Below are positions 46,101 through 56,547 of a stretch of 64,000 nucleotides of DNA, one piece after another (position 1 is the first letter of the stretch; each line of letters begins with the position of its first letter). The notes beneath the pieces are model-generated. The model worked only from the letters and a program-made list of their open reading frames with translations, had not been told where the DNA came from and did not search any database. Source of the stretch: Auanema rhodensis (lineage: Eukaryota; Animalia; Nematoda); contig OZ059899.1 in assembly GCA_964057225.1 (NCBI GenBank), positions 12,338,001 through 12,402,000 of the forward strand, in the 5' to 3' direction. Position numbers and translations under genes: made by a program.

Positions 46101-49100
46101 TCGAATCCCACTCTCATCAGAATCCTTTTATTGTATAAAACATTTTGATATATACGAAGGGTCGACAAGAACCATTTGAGCTTTAAGAGTTTCAACAGAC
46201 AACAGGTGAGATGGCCGAGCGGTCTAAGGCGCTGGTTTAAGGCACCAGTCTCTTCGGAGGCGTGGGTTCGAATCCCACTCTCATCAGAATCCTTTTATTA
46301 TATAAAACATTTTGATATATACGAAGGGTCGACAAGAACCATTTAGGCATCAAGAGTTTCAACAGACAACAGGTGAGATGGCCGAGCGGTCTAAGGCGCT
46401 GGTTTAAGGCACCAGTCTCTTCGGAGGCGTGGGTTCGAATCCCACTCTCATCAGAATCCTTTTATTGTAAAAAACATTTTGATATATACGAAGGGTCGAT
46501 CGGGATCATTTGATTATCAAGAGTTTCAACTGACAACAGGTGAGATGGCCGAGCGGTCTAAGGCGCTGGTTTAAGGCACCAGTCTCTTCGGAGGCGTGGG
46601 TTCGAATCCCACTCTCATCAGAATCCTTTTATTGCATAAAACATTTTGATATATACGAAGGGTCGACAAGAACCATTTGAGCTTCAAGAGTTTCAACAGA
46701 CAACAGGTGAGATGGCCGAGCGGTCTAAGGCGCTGGTTTAAGGCACCAGTCTCTTCGGAGGCGTGGGTTCGAATCCCACTCTCATCAGAGTCCTTTTATT
46801 ATATAAAACATTTTGATATATACGAAGGGTCGACAAGAACCATTTGAGCTTCAAGAGTTTCAACAGACAACAGGTGAGATGGCCGAGCGGTCTAAGGCGC
46901 TGGTTTAAGGCACCAGTCTCTTCGGAGGCGTGGGTTCGAATCCCACTCTCATCAGAATCCTTTTATTGTATAAAACATTTTGATATATACGAAGGGTCGA
47001 CAAGAACCATTTGAGCTTCAAGAGTTTCAACAGACAACAGGTGAGATGGCCGAGTGGTCTAAGGCGCTGGTTTAAGGCACCAGTCTCTTCGGAGGCGTGG
47101 GTTCGAATCCCACTCTCATCAGAATCCTTTTATTATATAAAACATTTTGATATATACGAAGGGTCGACAAGAACCATTTGAGCATCAAGAGTTTCAACAG
47201 ACAACAGGTGAGATGGCCGAGCGGTCTAAGGCGCTGGTTTAAGGCACCAGTCTCTTCGGAGGCGTGGGTTCGAATCCCACTCTCATCAGAATCCTTTTAT
47301 TGTATAAAACATTTTGATATATACGAAGGGTCGATCGGGATCATTTGATTATCAAGAGTTTCAACAGACAACAGGTGAGATGGCCGAGCGGTCTAAGGCG
47401 CTGGTTTAAGGCACCAGTCTCTTCGGAGGCGTGGGTTCGAATATCACTCTCATCAGAATCCTTTTATTGTATAAAACCTTTTGATATATACGAAGGGTCG
47501 ATCGGGATCATTTGATTATCAAGAGTTTCAACAGACAACAGGTGAGATGGCCGAGCGGTCTAAGGCGCTGGTTTAAGGCACCAGTCTCTTCGGAGGCGTG
47601 GGTTCGAATCCCACTCTCATCAGAATCCTTTTATTGTATAAAACATTTTGATATATACGAAGGGTCGATCGGGATCATTTGATTATCAAGAGTTTCAACA
47701 GACAACAGGTGAGATGGCCGAGCGGTCTAAGGCGCTGGTTTAAGGCACCAGTCTCTTCGGAGGCGTGGGTTCGAATCCCACTCTCATCAGAATCCTTTTA
47801 TTGTATAAAACATTTTGATATATACGAAGGGTCGACAAGAACCATTTGAGCTTCAAGAGTTTCAACAGACAACAGGTGAGATGGCCGAGTGGTCTAAGGC
47901 GCTGGTTTAAGGCACCAGTCGCTTCGGAGGCGTGGGTTCGAATCCCACTCTCATCAGAATCCTTTTATTATATAAAACATTTTGATATATACGAAGGGTC
48001 GACAAGAACCATTTGAGCATCAAGAGTTTCAACAGACAACAGGTGAGATGGCCGAGCGGTCTAAGGCGCTGGTTTAAGGCACCAGTCTCTTCGGAGGCGT
48101 GGGTTCGAATCCCACTCTCATCAGAATCCTTTTATTGTATAAAACATTTTGATATATACGAAGGGTCGATCGGGATCATTTGATTATCAAGAGTTTCAAC
48201 AGACAACAGGTGAGATGGCCGAGCGGTCTAAGGCGCTGGTTTAAGGCACCAGTCTCTTCGGAGGCGTGGGTTCGAATATCACTCTCATCAGAATCCTTTT
48301 ATTATATAAAACATTTTGATATATACGAAGGGTCGACAAGAACCATTTGAGCATCAAGAGTTTCAACTGACAACAGGTGAGATGGCCGAGCGGTCTAAGG
48401 CGCTGGTTTAAGGCACCAGTCTCTTCGGAGGCGTGGGTTCGAATCCCACTCTCATCAGAATCCTTTTATTGTATAAAACATTTTGATATATACGAAGGGT
48501 CGACAAGAACCATTTGAGCTTTAAGAGTTTCAACAGACAACAGGTGAGATGGCCGAGCGGTCTAAGGCGCTGGTTTAAGGCACCAGTCTCTTCGGAGGCG
48601 TGGGTTCGAATCCCACTCTCATCAGAATCCTTTTATTGTATAAAACATTTTGATATATACGAAGGGTCGATCGGGATCATTTGATTGTCAAGAGTTTCAA
48701 CAGACAACAGGTGAGATGGCCGAGCGGTCTAAGGCGCTGGTTTAAGGCACCAGTCTCTTCGGAGGCGTGGGTTCGAATCCCACTCTCATCAGAATCCTTT
48801 TATTGTATAAAACATTTTGATATATACGAAGAGTCGACAAGAACCATTTGAGCTTCAAGAGTTTCAACAGACAACAGGTGAGATGGCCGAGCGGTCTAAG
48901 GCGCTGGTTTAAGGCACCAGTCTCTTCGGAGGCGTGGGTTCGAATCCCACTCTCATCAGAATCCTTTTATTATATAAAACATTTTGATATATACGAAGGG
49001 TCGACAAGAACCATTTGAGCATCAAGAGTTTCAACAGACAACAGGTGAGATGGCCGAGCGGTCTTAGGCGCTGGTTTAAGGCACCAGTCTCTTCGGAGGC

Positions 49101-50814
49101 GTGGGTTCGAATCCCACTCTCATCAGAATCCTTTTATTATATAAAACATTTTGATATATACGAAGGATCGACAAGAACCATTTGAGCATCAAGAGTTTCA
49201 ACAGACAACAGGTGAGATGGCCGAGCGGTCTTAGGCGCTGGTTTAAGGCACCAGTCTCTTCGGAGGCGTGGGTTCGAATCCCACTCTCATCAGAATCCTT
49301 TTATTATATAAAACATTTTGATATATACGAAGGGTCGATCGGGATCATTTGTTTATCAAGAGTTTCAACAGACAACAGGTGAAATGGCCGAGCGGTCTTA
49401 GGCGCTGGTTTAAGGCACCAGTCTCTTCGGAGGCGTGGGTTCGAATCCCACTCTCATCAGAATCCTTTTATTATATAAAACATTTTGATATATACGAAGG
49501 GTCGACAAGAACCATTTGAGCATCAAGAGTTTCAACAGACAACAGGTGAGATGGCCGAGCGGTCTAAGGCGCTGGTTTAAGGCACCAGTCTCTTCGGAGG
49601 CGTGGGTTCGAATCCCACTCTCATCAGAATCCTTTTATTGTATAAAACATTTTGATATATACGAAGGGTCGATCGGGATCATTTGATTATCAAGAGTTTC
49701 AACTGACAACAGGTGAGATGGCCGAGCGGTCTAAGGCGCTGGTTTAAGGCACCAGTCTCTTCGGAGGCGTGGGTTCGAATCCCACTCTCATCAGAATCCT
49801 TTTATTATATAAAACATTTTGATATATACGAAGTGTCGACAAGAACCATTTGAACATCAAGAGTTTCAACTGACAACAGGTGAGATGGCCGAGCGGTCTA
49901 AGGCGCTGGTTTAAGGCACCAGTCTCTTCGGAGGCGTTGGTTCGAATCCCACTCTCATCAGAATCCTTTTATTATATAAAACATTTTGACATATACGAAG
50001 GGTCGACAAGAACCATTTGAACATCAAGAGTTTCAACAGACAACAGGTGAGATGGCCGAGCGGTCTAAGGCGCTGGTTTAAGGCACCAGTCTCTTCGGAG
50101 GCGTGGGTTCGAATCCCACTCTCATCAGAATCCTTTTATTGTATAAAACATTTTGATATATACGAAGGGTCGACAAGAACCATTTGAGCTTTAAGAGTTT
50201 CAACAGACAACAGGTGAGATGGCCGAGCGGTCTAAGGCGCTGGTTTAAGGCACCAGTCTCTTCGGAGGCGTGGGTTCGAATATCACTCTCATCAGAATCC
50301 TTTTATTATATAAAACATTTTGATATATACGAAGGGTCGACAAGAACCATTTGAGCATCAAGAGTTTCAACTGACAACAGGTGAGATGGCCGAGCGGTCT
50401 AAGGCGCTGGTTTAAGGCACCAGTCTCTTCGGAGGCGTGGGTTCGAATCCCACTCTCATCAGAATCCTTTTATTGTATAAAACATTTTGATATATACGAA
50501 GGGTCGACAAGAACCATTTGAGCTTTAAGAGTTTCAACAGACAACAGGTGAGATGGCCGAGCGGTCTAAGGCGCTGGTTTAAGGCACCAGTCTCTTCGGA
50601 GGCGTGGGTTCGAATCCCACTCTCATCAGAGTCCTTTTATTATATAAAACATTTTGATATCTACGAAGGGTCGACAAGAACCATTTGAGCATCAAGAGTT
50701 TCAACAGACAACAGGTGAGATGGCCGAGCGGTCTAAGGCGCTGGTTTAAGGCACCAGTCTCTTCGGAGGCGTGGGTTCGAATCCCACTCTCATCAGAATC
50801 CTTTTATTATATAA
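40138..50814 (+). tRNA. tRNA-Leu(AAG) array block 3, 64 copies
   Basis: Gene starts run from 40194 to 50714; 10520 = 63 x 167 - 1, with a 1-bp spacer deletion near 46035. Confidence 0.95.
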
Positions 50815-51653
50815 CGTTCCGTTATGCTCCTGCGTCGATAATATAAACCATTGTAGTTTATACCATGACGCGAATAGTATTCCTTGGTGTAGCGGTAAGA
50901 ATACAGAGCATAAGGTCAATCATAAGATAAAAGAGAGAAAGATTTATTGACATGAAACTACAACAATAATATACAAAGATAAAGATACATTACAATAAGA
51001 TAAATAAAAGTATAGAGACTAAACTACAAGCCGTCCATGAGCTTGCTAAGAGGCGAACTCCCGACCAAGGGAACGAGGGAAGGCGGAGCCATTCCTCGGT
51101 CCTCTGGTCGTCTGGCTCTAACCCTTCAGCTACATACAGTCCTGTGCGAAATAGTTGGGACACTCACTAGAAACCCTTGTACCTTCTCAGACAAACTACA
51201 AAAATTCAGAAAAAATATATTTTGGGTGTTAAAAAACGATAATGAATTCAGAAAAAATCTTCAAAATTTTAAAAATCATGTTGAAAAGTATTTTCTGAAG
51301 TCTTGAATCTATGCCATAGGAAAAACTTGGTTATTGATCGAGCTCTGTGCTCAGAATGATTTAAAGATATTTTTAATAAATTAACTTGTTTCTAATCTCA
51401 AATTTTGTTATATTAAGAAGGATTATTCAAAATAGTCAAAAAACACTATTTTTCCTTATAAATTTAGAAATCTCATTGAAATCAGTTTTCATTATATTAA
51501 CATATATTTTGACTGAATATAAACTAAACGCAAAATGTTTGAAATTAAAAAAAAAATTTTTTTTGTAGTTTGAAGGGGAATTCTGGGGCCTCTAACATAG
51601 GGGTGTCCCAACTATTTCGCACAGGACTGTATATGGGGAGTCCGAATAGACCG
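50815..51653 (-). mobile_element. Solo LTR of the E1 family (about 10 differences from the E1 LTR), interrupted by a MITE
   Basis: CGTTCCGTTATG...TCCGAATAGACCG with TSD ATAA on both sides; no PBS or PPT adjacent. Confidence 0.92.
51137..51629. mobile_element. Tc1/mariner-type MITE, 493 bp
   Basis: Perfect 27-bp TIR CAGTCCTGTGCGAAATAGTTGGGACAC, TA duplication relative to the empty E1 LTR site, and an AT-rich non-coding interior. Confidence 0.92.
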
Positions 51654-54161
51654 ATAAAATTTTTTGATATATACGAAGGGTCGACAAGAACCATTTGAGC
51701 ATCAAGAGTTTCAACTGACAACAGGTGAGATGGCCGAGCGGTCTAAGGCGCTGGTTTAAGGCACCAGTCTCTTCGGAGGCGTGGGTTCGAATCCCACTCT
51801 CATCAGATTCCTTTTATTATATAAAACATTTTGATATATACGAAGTGTCGACAAGAACCATTTGATCATCAAGAGTTTCAACTGACAACAGGTGAGATGG
51901 CCGAGCGGTCTAAGGCGCTGGTTTAAGGCACCAGTCTCTTCGGAGGCGTGGGTTCGAATCCCACTCTCATCAGAATCCTTTTATTGTATAAAACATTTTG
52001 ATATATACGAAGTGTCGACAAGAACCATTTGAGCATCAAGAGTTTCAACTGACAACAGGTGAGATGGCCGAGCGGTCTAAGGCGCTGGTTTAAGGCACCA
52101 GTCTCTTCGGAGGCGTGGGTTCGAATCCCACTCTCATCAGAATCCTTTTATTATATAAAACATTTTGATATATACGAAGGGTCGATCGGGATCATTTGAG
52201 CATCAAGAGTTTCAACAGACAACAGGTGAGATGGCCGAGCGGTCTAAGGCGCTGGTTTAAGGCACCAGTCTCTTCGGAGGCGTGGGTTCGAATCCCACTC
52301 TCATCAGAATCCTTTTATTATATAAAATATTTTGTTATCTACGAAGGGTCGACAAGAACCATTTGAGCATCAAGAGTTTCAACAGACAACAGGTGAGATG
52401 GCCGAGCGGTCTAAGGCGCTGGTTTAAGGCACCAGTCTCTTCGGAGGCGTGGGTTCGAATCCCACTCTCATCAGAATCCTTTTATTATATAAAACATTTT
52501 GATATATACGAAGTGTCGACAAGAACCATTTGAGCATCAAGAGTTTCAACTGACAACAGGTGAGATGGCCGAGCGGTCTAAGGCGCTGATTTAAGGCACC
52601 AGTCTCTTCGGAGGCGTGGGTTCGAATCCCACTCTCATCAGAATCCTTTTATTGTATAAAACATTTTGATATATACGAAGTGTCGACAAGAACCATTTGA
52701 GCATCAAGAGTTTCAACTGACAACAGGTGAGATGGCCGAGCGGTCTAAGGCGCTGGTTTAAGGCACCAGTCTCTTCGGAGGCGTGGGTTCGAATCCCACT
52801 CTCATCAGAATCCTTTTATTATATAAAACATTTTGATATATACGAAGGGTCGATCGGGATCATTTGAGCATCAAGAGTTTCAACAGACAACAGGTGAGAT
52901 GGCCGAGCGGTCTAAGGCGCTGGTTTAAGGCACCAGTCTCTTCGGAGGCGTGGGTTCGAATCCCACTCTCATCAGAATCCTTTTATTATATAAAATATTT
53001 TGTTATCTACGAAGGGTCGACAAGAACCATTTGAGCATCAAGAGTTTCAACAGACAACAGGTGAGATGGCCGAGCGGTCTAAGGCGCTGGTTTAAGGCAC
53101 CAGTCTCTTCGGAGGCGTGGGTTCGAATCCCACTCTCATCAGAATCCTTTTATTGTATAAAACATTTTGATATATACGAAGGGTCGATCGGGATCATTTG
53201 ATTATCAAGAGTTTCAACAGACACAGGTGAGATGGCCGAGCGGTCTAAGGCGCTGGTTTAAGGCACCAGTCTCTTCGGAGGCGTGGGTTCGAATCCCACT
53301 CTCATCAGAATCCTTTTATTATATAAAACATTTTGATATATACGAAGGGTCGATCGGGATCATTTGATTATCAAGAGTTTCAACAGACAACAGGTGAGAT
53401 GGCCGAGCGGTCTTAGACGCTGGTTTAAGGCACCAGTCTCTTCGGAGGCGTGGGTTCGAATCCCACTCTCATCAGAATCCTTTTATTATATAAAACATTT
53501 TGATATATACGAAGGGTCGACAAGAACCATTTGAGCATCAAGAGTTTCAACAGACAACAGGTGAGATGGCCGAGCGGTCTAAGGCGCTGGTTTAAGGCAC
53601 CAGTCTCTTCGGAGGCGTGGGTTCGAATCCCACTCTCATCAGAATCCTTTTATTGTATAAAACATTTTGATATATACGAAGGGTCGATCGGGATCATTTG
53701 ATTATCAAGAGTTTCAACAGACAACAGGTGAGATGGCCGAGCGGTCTAAGGCGCTGGTTTAAGGCACCAGTCTCTTCGGAGGCGTGGGTTCGAATATCAC
53801 TCTCATCAGAATCCTTTTATTATATAAAACATTTTGATATATACGAAGGGTCGACAAGAACCATTTGAGCATCAAGAGTTTCAACTGACAACAGGTGAGA
53901 TGGCCGAGCGGTCTAAGGCGCTGGTTTAAGGCACCAGTCTCTTCGGAGGCGTGGGTTCGAATCCCACTCTCATCAGAGTCCTTTTATTATATAAAACATT
54001 TTGATATCTACGAAGGGTCGACAAGAACCATTTGAGCATCAAGAGTTTCAACAGACAACAGGTGAGATGGCCGAGCGGTCTAAGGCGCTGGTTTAAGGCA
54101 CCAGTCTCTTCGGAGGCGTGGGTTCGAATCCCACTCTCATCAGAATCCTTTTATTATATAA
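51654..54161 (+). tRNA. tRNA-Leu(AAG) array block 4, 15 copies
   Basis: Gene starts run from 51724 to 54061; 2337 = 14 x 167 - 1. Confidence 0.95.
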
Positions 54162-55000
54162 CGTTCCGTTATGCTCCTGCGTCGATAATATAAACCATTG
54201 TAGTTTATACCATGACGCGAATAGTATTCCTTGGTGTAGCGGTAAGAATACAGAGCATAAGGTCAATCATAAGATAAAAGAGAGAAAGATTTATTGACAT
54301 GAAACTACAACAATAATATACAAAGATAAAGATACATTACAATAAGATAAATAAAAGTATAGAGACTAAACTACAAGCCGTCCATGAGCTTGCTAAGAGG
54401 CGAACTCCCGACCAAGGGAACGAGGGAAGGCGGAGCCATTCCTCGGTCCTCTGGTCGTCTGGCTCTAACCCTTCAGCTACATACAGTCCTGTGCGAAATA
54501 GTTGGGACACTCACTAGAAACCCTTGTACCTTCTCAGACAAACTACAAAAATTCAGAAAAAATATATTTTGGGTGTTAAAAAACGATAATGAATTCAGAA
54601 AAAATCTTCAAAATTTTAAAAATCATGTTGAAAAGTATTTTCTGAAGTCTTGAATCTATGCCATAGGAAAAACTTGGTTATTGATCGAGCTCTGTGCTCA
54701 GAATGATTTAAAGATATTTTTAATAAATTAACTTGTTTCTAATCTCAAATTTTGTTATATTAAGAAGGATTATTCAAAATAGTCAAAAAACACTATTTTT
54801 CCTTATAAATTTAGAAATCTCATTGAAATCAGTTTTCATTATATTAACATATATTTTGACTGAATATAAACTAAACGCAAAATGTTTGAAATTAAAAAAA
54901 AAATTTTTTTTGTAGTTTGAAGGGGAATTCTGGGGCCTCTAACATAGGGGTGTCCCAACTATTTCGCACAGGACTGTATATGGGGAGTCCGAATAGACCG
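54162..55000 (-). mobile_element. Duplicate of the solo LTR plus MITE
   Basis: Same sequence, same ATAA TSD and same private flanking variants as 50815-51653, offset by 3347 bp. Confidence 0.92.
54484..54976. mobile_element. Tc1/mariner-type MITE, second copy
   Basis: Same 27-bp TIR and TA TSD. Confidence 0.92.
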
Positions 55001-55329
55001 ATAAAATTTTTTGATATATACGAAGGGTCGACAAGAACCATTTGAGCATCAAGAGTTTCAACTGACAACAGGTGAGATGGCCGAGCGGTCTAAGGCGCTG
55101 GTTTAAGGCACCAGTCTCTTCGGAGGCGTGGGTTCGAATCCCACTCTCATCAGAATCCTTTTATTGTATAAAACATTTTGATATATACGAAGTGTCGACA
55201 AGAACCATTTGAGCATCAAGAGTTTCAACTGACAACAGGTGAGATGGCCGAGCGGTCTAAGGCGCTGGTTTAAGGCACCAGTCTCTTCGGAGGCGTGGGT
55301 TCGAATCCCACTCTCATCAGAATCCTTTT
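55001..55329 (+). tRNA. tRNA-Leu(AAG) array block 5, 2 copies
   Basis: Genes at 55071-55152 and 55238-55319. Confidence 0.95.
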
Positions 55330-55579
55330 TGTGGCGATATACCACAAATGTATAGTATGGTTGGAAGTAAAACACAAATTGAATATGTAGAAAAGGGTTT
55401 ATTGATGAATTAACAAGACAAGCACGGAATAAAATCACTGACTGCGAACGTTGAAAATGTAAGACTGATCTCTTCTCGTGGGCGGTCGTCAGCCTGAAAC
55501 AAAGAGTTAGTCATGCCACATGTATAACACAACATGTGGTATGGATAAAAATTACTTAGGAAGTTAGAAGAAAGAAGAA

Positions 55580-55627
<48 letters not shown>

Positions 55628-55702
55628 GAGAGAAGGAGAAACGAATAAAACAATTGTTGAAGATAAAAAAAAATTATGCAAACTCACTCGCTTATCGCGA
55701 CA
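55330..55702 (-). repeat. E3 3' LTR, about 373 bp
   Basis: Terminal inverted repeat TGTGGCGATA / TATCGCGACA (9/10 match) with the adjacent purine tract at 55703-55710. The partner LTR is not in the window. Confidence 0.75.
55583..55624. repeat. (AG)n microsatellite inside the E3 LTR
   Basis: About 21 perfect AG units. Confidence 0.9.
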
Positions 55703-55732
55703 CTCCCGGCAATGCGGGAATGAGAAGAAGGC

Positions 55733-56245
55733 CTACAAAGGTCTTTTACGTTTTATATCTCCACAAACCACTCCATGATGCGTATCCGCCTTACATCTAT
55801 AGCAGGATACCTCGCATATCGCTGGATGTTTTTGATTCAAACATCTGATGCATAACCCCAGTTCATGAAGACGGAGAGTGCGTTCCGGTGAGGAAGGATA
55901 AATCGGACAGGCCGCAGTACGGTGCCCATCAGCTGTCGGTTTATTGCAGAATACACATGAAGCTTTAGGAGCAGTCTGAATGGTCAAATTGTCTAGTTTC
56001 AGATTTAACGAATGTTGAATATTGTCCAGTCGTTCGGATAGATGGTTCACCGCGCTAGCTAGGTGCTCGTAGAGCCTCTTTTCAAGCACAATTAGTTGCC
56101 TCAGATTGGCAGCAGTGTTAGGTAGATGGGAATATTTTTTGAGCTCTTCCTCAAAGGAAGCATTCTCAATTATATTCGAGACAATATCTTCCATTTTCAT
56201 GGAATATAGGAAAGACATGATCTGCATCCTTATATACATGTTCAC
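55733..56245 (-). CDS. E3 accessory ORF: coiled-coil plus Gag-like Cys/His zinc-finger array
   Basis: CVFC..H..C, CIRC..H...C and CYRC..HH...C, the same pattern as the element's own Gag knuckles. It lies between env and the PPT. The first ATG is two codons into the listed ORF. Confidence 0.75.
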   Translation of the reverse strand: MNMYIRMQIMSFLYSMKMEDIVSNIIENASFEEELKKYSHLPNTAANLRQLIVLEKRLYEHLASAVNHLSERLDNIQHSLNLKLDNLTIQTAPKASCVFCNKPTADGHRTAACPIYPSSPERTLRLHELGLCIRCLNQKHPAICEVSCYRCKADTHHGVVCGDIKRKRPL

Positions 56246-56547
56246 ATCTGGACTTTAAACTCTGATTAACATCTATTAGTTCATTGTACAATGATGTGTT
56301 TAGGTTATCTTGTTACAGATACAATGAATTTTAGAGCCTGTACAAAAGGTTATGTGTTATGTAACTGAGTTGGATAAAAGAAACTTGATACTACCATAAA
56401 TTGAAAAGAAAGAAAAACAATGATATTGTTTTATTACAATGGTTATATTCGTACATAATGCTTTCTTTTTCTTTTGTTTCATTATTATTTCAATTTTTAA
56501 TTTTAAATTTTATCTCCACAAGAAATTCTTCTCTTATGCTTTTAAAA

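Noticed and set aside
51037-51568. ORFs spanning the solo LTR and MITE as a possible transposase
   Set aside because: Short, low-complexity AT-rich translations with no DDE/D or HTH signature.
50815-55000. Composite LTR element that captured 15 tRNA genes between two LTRs
   Set aside because: Each LTR is individually flanked by ATAA on both sides, there is no internal PBS or PPT, and the flanking array variants are duplicated too. It is a segmental duplication of a solo LTR.
2286-55329. CRISPR array or tRNA-derived SINE cluster
   Set aside because: Spacers are near-identical rather than unique, there are no cas genes and the context is eukaryotic. Units are complete cloverleafs without SINE bodies, tails or TSDs.
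3426-55438. Many 66-111 aa ORFs such as MGSNPTLIRILL.. and ..RWPSGLRRWFKAPVSSEAW..
   Set aside because: These are incidental translations of tRNA repeat units, mostly from non-ATG starts, appearing wherever a spacer variant removes a stop.
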